Positions 47,564 through 56,810 of a DNA stretch of 64,000 nt are shown here, piece by piece. The notes below the pieces were generated by a model. That model searched no databases, was not told where the DNA came from, and was given only the letters and a program-made list of their open reading frames with translations. How positions within the stretch are numbered: position 1 is the stretch's first letter; each line of letters starts with the position of its first letter. Made by a program: the position numbers and the translations under genes. This stretch comes from an uncultured Fibrobacterota bacterium (GTDB lineage: Bacteria > Fibrobacterota > Chitinivibrionia > Chitinivibrionales > FEN-1185), in NCBI GenBank assembly GCA_963753345.1, contig CAVWBU010000024.1:160001-224000 (forward strand), given 5' to 3'.

Positions 47564-48556
47564 TCAAAAACACAACTTCGTAAAATATTCCTTCTCTTTG
47601 TCCAACGACACGTCAGGATATTTCCTCTCCAACTCCTGAACTCGTTTCAATTGCTCATTTCCAAACTTTTTTGCCGCCGCCCCGCCTTTCATCACCTCAT
47701 GGCACATTGCGTTTCGTATCGGCTCATAGTCTTTGATAAACTTCTTTGATTCTTCATCCACGCACGCCTCAACGAATTTTTCCCACAAGTAATCGATTGC
47801 AATTTCATTCGGGTGCGCCATATCGCGTTCATAAAATCGGTAGTCGCGCAGCTCGTCCATCATTATTTCGTAGGCGGGAAAATAGTACAGCCGGGGAAAC
47901 ATCTTTTCCAGCTCGTGCACCGCGCACGCGAGGATCGATTTGCTCACCAGATTTTCATGCGGATTGTCGCGAAGGTGGCGCACCGGGCTCACGGTGAGGA
48001 TGCAGTGGGCATCGGGGCGCAATGTGTAAACGCGATTGAACATACGGGCGTATTCGTCAACAATATCCTTTACAGACAATAGCTCCCTCGCAAACAGGCC
48101 CGGGGGCTGTTTGTGGCAGTTTGCAACGATGTTGCCGGTTATTGCATGCCGGTAGACAAACGCAGTGCCGAAGGTGAGCATGAGAACGTCGAGATTCTTG
48201 AATGCCGCGGCCCCGTCGGTGAGTGCCGCATTAATCGCCGCGAGGCATTCCCCGGGTGTGGCCGCCGAGAACGTCCCGTGATGGTCCCAACTGTGCCACA
48301 GTCCGCCGCTTTCAAACAGGTCCGCCTCGGCGTATGGTTCCTGCAAGTCAAGTCTTCGAAGAAGAGCGGCGATGGATGCGGGATTGAACAGCGAACCCGA
48401 GGGATTGACGCAGGCATCGAAGCGGAAGTCCCGGAGCCGCTGCCCCACGGTCTCGGCAAAGCACGACCCCGCGCAGAGAATGGCATGACGGCGCCCTATT
48501 GAGAATTGACTTCCGGGAACATCAACGACAGTCCTGAATCTGTCCGCCGTGCTCAT
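47564..48556 (-). CDS. GSCFA domain protein
   Basis: GSCFAE, FNPASI, TFGTA, ANCHK, TVSPVRH, YFPAYEIMMDELRDYRFY. Confidence 0.93.
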   Translation of the reverse strand: MSTADRFRTVVDVPGSQFSIGRRHAILCAGSCFAETVGQRLRDFRFDACVNPSGSLFNPASIAALLRRLDLQEPYAEADLFESGGLWHSWDHHGTFSAATPGECLAAINAALTDGAAAFKNLDVLMLTFGTAFVYRHAITGNIVANCHKQPPGLFARELLSVKDIVDEYARMFNRVYTLRPDAHCILTVSPVRHLRDNPHENLVSKSILACAVHELEKMFPRLYYFPAYEIMMDELRDYRFYERDMAHPNEIAIDYLWEKFVEACVDEESKKFIKDYEPIRNAMCHEVMKGGAAAKKFGNEQLKRVQELERKYPDVSLDKEKEYFTKLCF

Positions 48557-49035
48557 GGCGCCCCTTGCGCGGCCGCTCCCTGCACGGCGGAAAGCCGGGC
48601 GGCCACCGTCTCGTTCACCAGCTTGCCATCGGCCCTGCCCTTCACCTGCGGCATCACGATCTTCATCACCTTTCCCACGTCCTGTTTTCCCTGCGCGCCC
48701 GATTCGGTGATGGCCGCCGTCACGATCGTCTCGATTTCCACCTTGGAAAGCTGAGGGGGAAGGTACTTTGTAAAGAGACCGATTTGGAACCGCTCGCGGT
48801 CGGCGAGGTCGGCACGGCCCGCGGCCCTGAACTGCTCCTCGGATTCGGTGCGCTGCTTGATGGCCTTGGCAACAACGCCTGCAACATTTCCGTCGGAAAG
48901 TTCCTTGCGCTCCATGAGTTCGAGGTTCTTGATCTCCGAGTGCAGCGTGCGCAGCGCCAGAAGTTTTTCCTTTTCCTGCGCCTTCATCGCGGCTTTGATG
49001 TCGGCAAGCAGCGTTTCGAGAATGGTTAATGCCAT
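48553..49035 (-). CDS. GatB/YqeY domain protein
   Basis: DIKAAMKA, KQRTES..QF..AGR.DL, YLPPQL, GKVMK, GRADG. Confidence 0.93.
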   Translation of the reverse strand: MALTILETLLADIKAAMKAQEKEKLLALRTLHSEIKNLELMERKELSDGNVAGVVAKAIKQRTESEEQFRAAGRADLADRERFQIGLFTKYLPPQLSKVEIETIVTAAITESGAQGKQDVGKVMKIVMPQVKGRADGKLVNETVAARLSAVQGAAAQGAP

Positions 49036-49063
49036 GGCGTCTCCTTTTGCGGGTTTGTCGTTA

Positions 49064-49234
49064 CGGTGGAGCCCCGCCGACAGGAGTCGGCGGCACCAAA
49101 AATTTCCTTCGGCTCCGGGAGCCGAAGGCTACTTGTGCGACGCTTCGGCGTCCCCGAAGGGGGGCGACATCCCGAAGCAGAAGGCGCATTCATCCCCCGA
49201 CAAAATCGAGGGCCCGCTTTGCGTGCGTAGTGGG
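49064..49234 (-). mobile_element. palindromic non-autonomous element (PATE/MITE-like), family C copy 2
   Basis: Near-identical to 24123-24278; sits between TTA and TAA at the end of a YkgJ-family gene. Confidence 0.85.
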
Positions 49235-49771
49235 TAAAATACGTTCGGGAAGGGCGCCGCTATGGACCTGCTCCATGGTGAACCGTTTGGAGGCGAGCCG
49301 CGCGTCGCCCGCGGTTACGCAGAAGGCCATGTTGAGCCTCATGAGATTGCCGGTGACCGCTGCGGTGTCGAATACGTGGCCGGCCGGCAGCGATGCCGGC
49401 GCAACGTTCGTGAAATTGCGGCCGCAGCTCAAGTACGCGGTCGCCCCCCTGTCTGCGCGAAGCGCAGCGCCGTGCGTGCGGCAGATCACCGGCCTCGCCG
49501 GATAGGCCAGGCATTCCCCTTTGAAAAGCAACGCACAGCGGTCACCGGTTCTGCGCAAGGTGCGAATCTTTGTCCTTCGGCGGCGTACGGCAAGGAAGGC
49601 CGAAAGCGCATGCGCCTCGATCGCGCACACGCTGTGCAGCTCGCAGCATGCACTGCAGCCTTTTGTGCACCGGATCTCATTCCTATACAAACCGGAAACC
49701 GATTCGAAGAACGAGTCGCAGTACCGGCAGAGGGCGGCGTAATTGTCAAGAACTGCATGCATGCCGTTCAT
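49190..49771 (-). CDS. YkgJ-family CxxCxxCC protein (last 14 codons supplied by the repeat)
   Basis: CTKGCSACC ... CALL..GECLAYPARPVICRTHG. Confidence 0.85.
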   Translation of the reverse strand: MNGMHAVLDNYAALCRYCDSFFESVSGLYRNEIRCTKGCSACCELHSVCAIEAHALSAFLAVRRRRTKIRTLRRTGDRCALLFKGECLAYPARPVICRTHGAALRADRGATAYLSCGRNFTNVAPASLPAGHVFDTAAVTGNLMRLNMAFCVTAGDARLASKRFTMEQVHSGALPERILPTTHAKRALDFVGG

Positions 49772-49777
49772 ACCGTT

Positions 49778-50570
49778 TCAGCGGGGCGCGCAGACGGCCG
49801 GCGCGGAAAGCAGGCTGTCGAGAAAGTCAACGGACTTGAAGCCGGAGGCCGTCTGGAAATGATACTGGCAGAACCGCGCAAACAGCCCGAGTATCCTGCC
49901 GCGCCTCGACCGCGGAAATGCGGCGCGGTTCCGGCACGCATTCGCCGTCCAGCGGTTCGGACAACGTCGAAAGGACCGCGGCGGGAATGAACGCAGTGCC
50001 GCCCCGCGGCAGGCGCGCACACGCGTCGCACGCAAGAATGCCGCTTTCCAGAAGCAGGTGCGCGCCTGCCATTCCCGCAAGGGTTCTTCCGCACGTTCCG
50101 CAGGCGTCCACGTTGAGTCCGAAGCCCATAAGCCACGAGAAGTCGTGGAAGAACCGCCATGCCATGGCGGGAAAACACCGGCGGGGCGGCCTGCTTTCCA
50201 GACGCGAAAGAAAATCCGACAGATACGAAAAGACATCCGGATGAGGAGCGTCGGTCGACATGGTCTTGATGATCACCTCGAACGCCATGTCGCGCACCGC
50301 GTTCTTGTGCAGGTCGGTGCGGATGCCGGGAAAGAAATCGAGCACCGAGATGCCCGAGAGCGTGTGCAGGTCCCGGTGCGGTCTTGAATACAGCAGAAGC
50401 TCCACGAGGAACCCCCGCTCCAGGCATGGAAGTCCGGTCTTTTTCCTGCGCACGCCTTTTGCAATGCCGTGAACCAGGCCGTGCCGTTCCGAGTACAGGT
50501 ACAGGAGGCTGCTCGACTCGCGGTACGGGTTTGCCTTGAGGACAAAGGCCTTTGTCTTTTCGGCGGCCAT
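49778..50570 (-). CDS. recO: DNA repair protein RecO (apparent +1 frameshift near 49899)
   Basis: YRESSSLL...GLVHGIAKGVR, CGTCG/CDAC zinc finger; the C-terminus YHF...KSVDFL lies in the next frame. Confidence 0.85.
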
Positions 50571-50698
50571 GGTTGCACTGCGCCCGGCGCGCCGGGCGTT
50601 CGTTTACAAACAGTTTTGGGTCGCGCGCGTCGTTGGCCGGCAGCCCGCCCGGCCAAGGAGCGCGCGGGTGCGGATAACGCCCCGCGCCTTGCGCACGG

Positions 50699-51004
50699 TT
50701 ACTTCGTCTCCGGAATGAACTTGTACACCTTTTCGTCTTTCCGCGCCATGCCGAGCTTCTCCCGGGCGATTTTCTCCATGTAGGCGGTGTCGCTCTTGAG
50801 CCGGGCGTTCTGCGCGGCAAGCGAATCAAGCTCCGCCCGCTGGCGCACGAGCGCGCGTTCTTTTTTCCTCACGTCAACGAAAGACCGGTAGATCCGGCCC
50901 ACGCCGGCCCTGCCCACAAACAAGGAAGCAACAAGCAGGCATGCCGCGAAAAGCACGATCCATCTGCCTATCTTCTTTGTGGGTATTCTTGGCCGGTGAC
51001 TCAT
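50699..51004 (-). CDS. ftsB: septum formation initiator FtsB/DivIC
   Basis: TM plus coiled coil; YMEKIAREKLGMARKDE. Confidence 0.88.
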   Translation of the reverse strand: MSHRPRIPTKKIGRWIVLFAACLLVASLFVGRAGVGRIYRSFVDVRKKERALVRQRAELDSLAAQNARLKSDTAYMEKIAREKLGMARKDEKVYKFIPETK

Positions 51005-52132
51005 CTAGTCCGCCCGCACGTATTGCTGGCCCGCCACCTGGCGTATCACGCCCTTGAGCTCGAGGCTGAGCAGAATGTCGAACAACTGCGAGACCGCACG
51101 TCCCGCTTTTTCGGCAATTGCATCGAGCCTGAGCGGCTCTGCCGACAGCACGCCCGCCACATTCTGTTCGTCGGGCGAAAGAAGCTCAAGCGGCATGGAC
51201 GGCGCCGCTTCCCGGCCCGGCACCGCTGCACCGGTGACTCCCGGCATGGAAAGGTGCGTCATGTTGTCAAGGATATCGTCGCCGCTCCGCACGGGTATGG
51301 CCCCGCTTTTCAGGAGATTGAACGTGCCCGCGCTCGCGTTTGAAAAGATGGAGCCGGGGACCGCGAACACGTCGCGCCCCTGCTGGAGCGCGTAGCCCGC
51401 CGTGATGAGGCTGCCGCTTCTCTCCGGCGCCTCGACCACCAGTACGCCCGCCGACAGACCCGCGATGATCCTGTTGCGCCGCGGAAAATGATAGGCCTCG
51501 GGCAGCGACCCGAGATCGAATTCCGACACGAGAGCGCCCGATTCCGCGATGCGTTCCGAAAGCTCCCTGTTTGCGGCCGGGTACACGGTGTCGAGCCCGC
51601 AGCCAAGCACCGCGATGGTGACGCCGCCGCAGTCGAGGCACGTTGTGTGCGCAACGGTGTCGATGCCGAGCGCAAGGCCGCTCACGACCGCCACCTTTTT
51701 CTCAACCAGCTTCTTTACAATATGGGCGGCGGCGTTCCTGCCGTACTGGCTCGCGCCGCGCGTTCCCACCACGGCGCAGGCATGACCGGCAAAGCTGTCG
51801 AGCTTCCCCTTTACGAACAGGACTGGTGGCGGGGCGTAGATCTCGCGCAGCAGCGGAGGATAGGCGTCGTGGTCCCAGGTGAGCACCGTAATGCCGAGGG
51901 ACTCGGCCCGCATAAGCTGCTCCTGCGCCGCGTCGAGAAGGGCGGGCGGGTCAATGGCGTCGCCGCCGGAAAACGCGGAAGCCGCCTGCACGAGCGAGGC
52001 CCGGCCCTCACGCTCAAATAATGAGGTCGCAGAGCCGTAGTGACCGATAAGCGCTTTGATGCGCACGGGGCCGAGGCCCTTCACCGAATTGAGCGCAAGG
52101 AGCGCCGCGACCGTGCTTTTGTCCGGGTCCAT
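51005..52132 (-). CDS. dprA: DNA-processing protein DprA
   Basis: YPPLL, VVGTR, VSGLALGID, FPRRNRIIAGLS, SGSLITA, C-terminal wHTH. Confidence 0.96.
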   Translation of the reverse strand: MDPDKSTVAALLALNSVKGLGPVRIKALIGHYGSATSLFEREGRASLVQAASAFSGGDAIDPPALLDAAQEQLMRAESLGITVLTWDHDAYPPLLREIYAPPPVLFVKGKLDSFAGHACAVVGTRGASQYGRNAAAHIVKKLVEKKVAVVSGLALGIDTVAHTTCLDCGGVTIAVLGCGLDTVYPAANRELSERIAESGALVSEFDLGSLPEAYHFPRRNRIIAGLSAGVLVVEAPERSGSLITAGYALQQGRDVFAVPGSIFSNASAGTFNLLKSGAIPVRSGDDILDNMTHLSMPGVTGAAVPGREAAPSMPLELLSPDEQNVAGVLSAEPLRLDAIAEKAGRAVSQLFDILLSLELKGVIRQVAGQQYVRAD

Positions 52133-52240
52133 AACCAGAAAATAATTCGGGGCTGTCCTGTTTACCGTGTGCGTTCACTTGCCAAAAGGCCGGCCATCAT
52201 TATATTATTAGGGTTCTCACCCACCGAAAGGAAACCTACC

Positions 52241-53098
52241 GTGAAATGCTACGAAGTGCGAAAATGCTCGAAAGAAGAACGCGAGGCGTGTTACGTCTGG
52301 AACAGCTTCCGTGACAATCCGCAGGACATCGAAAACGTCAAGTGCTGGGTGCTCAAAGGAGCCTACCAGGAAGAATCGGGCCAGCAGCTCAAGAAATGCA
52401 AACAATGCCCGTATTTTGCCGCCATGAACCGGGATGCCGGCATCGCCTCTGAAGGCGACGCCGACGTTGCGGTCATCACGTGCGAAGGCGCCATCAACAC
52501 GGAGCGCACCAAGGCGCTGGAAAAAGTGTGGGAAACCCTGCGCCAGCAGAACCGCGTCAAGATTCTTCTCGACATGTCGCGGGTCAGCAACATCTATTCG
52601 TGCGGCCTGGGAGCCATCATCAAGATCCACAAGGAGGCCAGCGCCGCCAAGGGCCTGCTCGTGGTGGTGGTCAACGACGAGTACATCATCAACCTGTTTA
52701 CCGTCACCAAGCTTTCACGCCTTCTCCACATTGTCAAGAACAACCGCGACGCACGCGACGTTTTCGACGCCCTCAAGAAACGCGAACTGGAGGCGCAGAA
52801 GAAGGCGATGGAGACAACGGCGGCGGCTGCGGCAAAAGCGGGGGCCGACGCGAAGGCCGCGGCCGAGGCGGCGAAACCGCCCAAGCCCAAGGAGCGGCCC
52901 GCATGCTGGGTCTACTGGAAGGGCCACAATCCCAACAATGCGACCAAATGCGACGAGTGCTTCACTAAGATAAAACCCACCGGTCAGCCCTGCTGGATAG
53001 TTGACGGAATGATAGAAGGCATCTCGTTCCAGTACGTGGACCAGGACTGCGAGGCCTGCCGGTATTTCCAGGAATTCGCGGGCGCCGAGGAGCTGTAG
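52241..53098 (+). CDS. STAS (anti-sigma antagonist) domain flanked by two Cys/Trp (two-CW-like) domains
   Basis: CYEVRKC..CWVLKG..CKQCPYF; LLDMSRVSNIYSCGLG; CWVYW..CWIVDG..CEACRYF; AAGGA RBS before GTG. Confidence 0.8.
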   Translation: MKCYEVRKCSKEEREACYVWNSFRDNPQDIENVKCWVLKGAYQEESGQQLKKCKQCPYFAAMNRDAGIASEGDADVAVITCEGAINTERTKALEKVWETLRQQNRVKILLDMSRVSNIYSCGLGAIIKIHKEASAAKGLLVVVVNDEYIINLFTVTKLSRLLHIVKNNRDARDVFDALKKRELEAQKKAMETTAAAAAKAGADAKAAAEAAKPPKPKERPACWVYWKGHNPNNATKCDECFTKIKPTGQPCWIVDGMIEGISFQYVDQDCEACRYFQEFAGAEEL

Positions 53099-53100
53099 CC

Positions 53101-53373
53101 ATGGCGCTTCTGGAATGTCCCGAATGCAAAGGCCAAGCGTCGTCCTCCGCGTGCCGCTGCCCGCACTGCGGGTTCCGCCTCAAGGGCCGGTGCGGCCCGC
53201 TGTGCCGGTGTGTTCCTGTTGTGCTCGCGTGCGCCCTTGCATGCGCGCTCCTCTTCATTTTCTGCTCCGTTGCCGTGAATATCAACAGCAACAACGGCAT
53301 GATCAATTTCAACTCGAACAAACGAGGAATCTTCCCGCGGCTCCGGATCAGGTGCGGGCGGCGTTGCAGGTAG
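53101..53373 (+). CDS. small zinc-ribbon membrane protein
   Basis: MALLECPEC....S.....CPHCG plus a hydrophobic segment. Confidence 0.7.
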   Translation: MALLECPECKGQASSSACRCPHCGFRLKGRCGPLCRCVPVVLACALACALLFIFCSVAVNINSNNGMINFNSNKRGIFPRLRIRCGRRCR

Positions 53374-53457
53374 GATCGTTTTTGCGCACCCTTGCACCTG
53401 TGAAGAATCCCCTTTTCACTTCGCTTGCCAACACTCCGCCAATCGGTATTATCATTC

Positions 53458-53486
53458 TTGACAAAACTTAATGGGGACCGTATATT
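53458..53486 (+). promoter_or_regulatory. sigma70-type promoter
   Basis: TTGACA-17 nt-TATATT; a second candidate TTGCCA-16-TATTAT lies at 53425-53452. Confidence 0.7.
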
Positions 53487-53541
53487 CTCATTTGAGGATT
53501 TTCTCGGAAGAGACAGCAGTGCAAAGTACAGGGGGGGCAAT

Positions 53542-54270
53542 ATGGCGGATGATGAAGAATTTATTGTACTCTACCAAAAACCACTGGAAACAAAATCCCT
53601 CTCAGTATCTGTCCGTCCCAGCTTGCGGGCACGTTGCTTTTTCGCCGTGCTGCTGCTTTCCGCTTTTGGAATGTCGGCGGCCGCAGTTGTCCCGGTAAAA
53701 GTCATGGGGACTCAACAAACATCGCTTCTGGTTGTCCCAAATCCTTCAAGTCCATCAGCGATGCATGAAATGCCGGGAGAATTTTATTTTTCGAACCAGC
53801 CGAATGCCCGTAACTGGGTGCGGGTGGACAATAGAGGAATCGTTATTTCCTTTATGGTTGGCCCCCAAAATTATTCTTTCACGGAATCAAGTCTCAAGAT
53901 TTATGATTCCTATGGTACTGCGGTGGCTACTGCCGGGGGTTCAATAGTTATTCCTGCCAGTTGGACTGCCGCTTCGAACACCTACGATTACGATGTCTAT
54001 TGGAACGGCACAAAGACGAATGGGGAATTTGTTCATGAGGGAATTTACACGGCGGAATTGAAGTATACCTTGACAGGTTCAACCGATCCTGTGGTACTGA
54101 CTGGAGCATTTTACATGGAACAGCCGGGAGCAGCGGATACCCTCTACAGTAATGTAAAAAAGAATGTCTGTGGCACCGGCTATGCTCTTGCACTAATTCC
54201 AGCCATAGGTATTAGGCTACGGCGTCCGCTCCTTGCGGCTTTCAGAAAGAAATCGGGGAGGCAATCATGA
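53542..54270 (+). CDS. surface protein with FlgD-Ig-like domain and C-terminal membrane anchor
   Basis: LKIYDSYG, YWNGTKTNGEFVHEGIY; ends CGTG-hydrophobic-RLRR; start uncertain. Confidence 0.7.
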   Translation: MADDEEFIVLYQKPLETKSLSVSVRPSLRARCFFAVLLLSAFGMSAAAVVPVKVMGTQQTSLLVVPNPSSPSAMHEMPGEFYFSNQPNARNWVRVDNRGIVISFMVGPQNYSFTESSLKIYDSYGTAVATAGGSIVIPASWTAASNTYDYDVYWNGTKTNGEFVHEGIYTAELKYTLTGSTDPVVLTGAFYMEQPGAADTLYSNVKKNVCGTGYALALIPAIGIRLRRPLLAAFRKKSGRQS

Positions 54271-54893
54271 AACGATTAGCCTTCTATCTCATGATCGTCT
54301 TGTTTTCCACGAATGCCTGCTCCTTTGATAACGACCGTAAGGGGTTCGTTTTCGGCATTGGATTGTCACCAGACTTCACGTACACGTATGTGTCAACCTC
54401 CCTCGGCAGCCAATCCGGTTGGTACAATAACTATCTTGGGGGACTTGCCGGGGAGTTGCGCCTCGGTTATTCGAGATCAGGGAAGAATATTTCAAGCTTC
54501 ATTTCTTCCTTTACATGGAATTATCCAAGCGACCAGTTTAATTATTCTTTGTTCGGAGGTTACGCATTTTCCCATTATATCAATGAATCGGGGCCGTCAC
54601 TTGCATATGATTTTTCTGTGGACTTGGGTTTTAGGCATACCAACGTCATTGACCAAGGAATAGGTTCCTTTGGGATGAGGACGGCTTTCAAGGTGGGGTT
54701 TGAGCTTGGCAAGCACATCAGTGTCTGGCTTGGGGACAGGATATTTTATCAGGTTGATTCTTACACTATTAATCGGACGACGATTGATCCAAACGACCCT
54801 ACAAATACGATCCGCTCTCTGGGCAGCCAAAGTGTGACGGAAAACGGCTTCGGCAATTCGGTTTTTATTATTCTCGGTTACACGCTGTATTGA
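54267..54893 (+). CDS. hypothetical outer-membrane beta-barrel protein
   Basis: Signal peptide, RKGFVFGIG, beta-strand pattern, C-terminal aromatic residue. Confidence 0.7.
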   Translation: MKRLAFYLMIVLFSTNACSFDNDRKGFVFGIGLSPDFTYTYVSTSLGSQSGWYNNYLGGLAGELRLGYSRSGKNISSFISSFTWNYPSDQFNYSLFGGYAFSHYINESGPSLAYDFSVDLGFRHTNVIDQGIGSFGMRTAFKVGFELGKHISVWLGDRIFYQVDSYTINRTTIDPNDPTNTIRSLGSQSVTENGFGNSVFIILGYTLY

Positions 54894-54942
54894 TTAACGG
54901 GGCGGGACCCGTTTAAAATAAGAATACCCGCGCGCTTCTCAC

Positions 54943-55212
54943 CTACCGCAGCACCCTTGCCGTCACCTCTTCCTTTGTCAACCCGATAACCTTCACCAGT
55001 TTGTTCTTCGATGCCAGCCCATGCAGTATCGAGATGCAGGATTTCGGCAGGTCAAGCGTTTCGGCAAGGAGCGCGATAAGAGCGGCATTGGCCTTTCCCT
55101 CGATGGGAGGCGCGTGCACGCGCGCCAGAAGCGAACCGTCGGGCCCTGTTTCGATTGCGTCCTGTTTCGCGTTCGGCCTGAGGCGGACGCCGACGGTGCA
55201 GGACGGCGCCAT
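54943..55212 (-). CDS. DUF167 (YggU) protein
   Basis: VRLRPNAK, APPIEGKANAAL, G..SKNK. Confidence 0.9.
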   Translation of the reverse strand: MAPSCTVGVRLRPNAKQDAIETGPDGSLLARVHAPPIEGKANAALIALLAETLDLPKSCISILHGLASKNKLVKVIGLTKEEVTARVLR

Positions 55213-55216
55213 CGCG

Positions 55217-55774
55217 TTACAGGTCCATGCCCTGCGCGAGGTCGGGCCGGGAGGGAATTTCGTCCAGGGTTTCTTCGCCGGCGATGGACGTGTCGGAAGC
55301 ACGGCCGGCCGCAGCCCCTCCGCTCAGGTCGTCGCTGATCACGCTCAGCAGTTCGAGCTGGGTCTTGAGCATGGCGCGGAAGCGGGCGAGAAAACTGTCG
55401 CGCTGGGTCTTGAGCGATATGATCTCGCTTTCCAGGTCGTGCACGCGGCGGCGCGAATCGTCCTCGTAGCGGCCGGCCCGCACCTGCGCGTCCTTCAGGA
55501 TAAGCTCCGCTTCCTTCTGCGCATTGAGCCGCGCCTCGTCGGTCGCCTTCTGGGCGGTAAGCAGGGTGTCGCTGAGGGTCTGCTCTATCTTGACATAATG
55601 ATCGAGCTTCTCCTCGAGGTGCTTGATGCGCGTGGTGAACTCGTCGTTCTCCCGGATGATCTTCTCGTACTCGTTCGCCACCTGTTCGAGGAACGTGTTG
55701 ACCTGGTCCCGGTCAAACCCGCTCAGGGTGTGGCGGAACGGCATTTTTCTGATGTCAAGGGGCGTAAGGTGCAT
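55217..55774 (-). CDS. divIVA: DivIVA domain protein
   Basis: LTPLDIRKMPF....GFDRDQVNTFL plus coiled coil; AGGAG RBS. Confidence 0.9.
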   Translation of the reverse strand: MHLTPLDIRKMPFRHTLSGFDRDQVNTFLEQVANEYEKIIRENDEFTTRIKHLEEKLDHYVKIEQTLSDTLLTAQKATDEARLNAQKEAELILKDAQVRAGRYEDDSRRRVHDLESEIISLKTQRDSFLARFRAMLKTQLELLSVISDDLSGGAAAGRASDTSIAGEETLDEIPSRPDLAQGMDL

Positions 55775-55940
55775 AGACTGTCTCCTCTTTGAGGTACCGG
55801 CTGTGCGGATAAAATAATTCGTGAAGCGCCGCGGGTTTCGGTTTGTGAAGACTCCGCGGGCCGCCGGCTTCCTTGCCTGATTGTTCAAAACCTCGCCGCC
55901 AAGGCTCGCCCGCGACCTGATCGGGGGCGCAAAGGACGGG

Positions 55941-56636
55941 CTAGCGCTGCGGCGCATTCCTGTTCCCCAGAAGCAAGGTCCCGACCCGTATGATGGTCGC
56001 GCCCTCTTCTATGGCCCATTCGAAATCCGAGCTCATGCCCATGGAAAGCTCGGGCCTGGGGCGCCATTGCCTGCACCCTTCGGCAAGCGCACGCAGCGCT
56101 GCGAACGACGCGCGCGTTGCGGCCTCGGGGGCCGAAAGCGGGCCGATGGTCATGAGGCCGCAAAACTCGAGATTGGCGCAAGCGGCAACGTGTCCCGCGA
56201 GTTCGAGGCATTCTTCCGGCGCGCAACCCGACTTGGCCTCCTCGGCCGAGGTCTTCACCTGCACGAGCGCTCTTATTCTCTTCTGACAAGTCTGCGCCGC
56301 GGCATTCACCTTGTCGGCGAGACGGGCGCTGTCGATGGACTGGATCCAGGACACCAGCGGGACAGCCTTGTTCACCTTGTTGGTCTGCAAATGGCCCACC
56401 AGATGCATGTCGAACGCGCCGCAAAGATGCGGGACCTTGGCCTCGATCTCCTGCACCCGGTTCTCGCCGATGTCCCTTATCCCCGCGTCGACAAGCGCCT
56501 GCACGGTCTCTGTCGGGTGCGTTTTCGTCACGACCACGATGCGGATGTCGGAGGGATTTCTTCCGCAACGGGCGCAGGCGGCGGCGATGCGGTCTTGAAG
56601 TGCGCGATAGCGGGAGGAGAAATCCAAGGTGTCCAT
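55941..56636 (-). CDS. yggS: PLP homeostasis protein YggS
   Basis: VVTKTH, GENRVQE, GHLQTNK, GLMTI, LSMGMSSD, RVGT. Confidence 0.95.
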   Translation of the reverse strand: MDTLDFSSRYRALQDRIAAACARCGRNPSDIRIVVVTKTHPTETVQALVDAGIRDIGENRVQEIEAKVPHLCGAFDMHLVGHLQTNKVNKAVPLVSWIQSIDSARLADKVNAAAQTCQKRIRALVQVKTSAEEAKSGCAPEECLELAGHVAACANLEFCGLMTIGPLSAPEAATRASFAALRALAEGCRQWRPRPELSMGMSSDFEWAIEEGATIIRVGTLLLGNRNAPQR

Positions 56637-56810
56637 ACAGTACCTTTCGCATATACTGCGAAGGAAAAGGGTTTCGATGATATGTCTGATCAAAAAATAA
56701 TTCGAGCCCCACCGCCGGTTTCCCCGGTTCTCTTTTGCGCGCCGCACCGGCGCTCCTCAGTTATTTTTCCATCAAACACTTTCCTTTCATTAACCTTGTT
56801 ATCATACAGT

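Noticed and set aside
55881-56810. N-terminal extension of the 658-aa GT4 ORF
   Set aside because: It overlaps yggS on the opposite strand; the real start is ATG 56811
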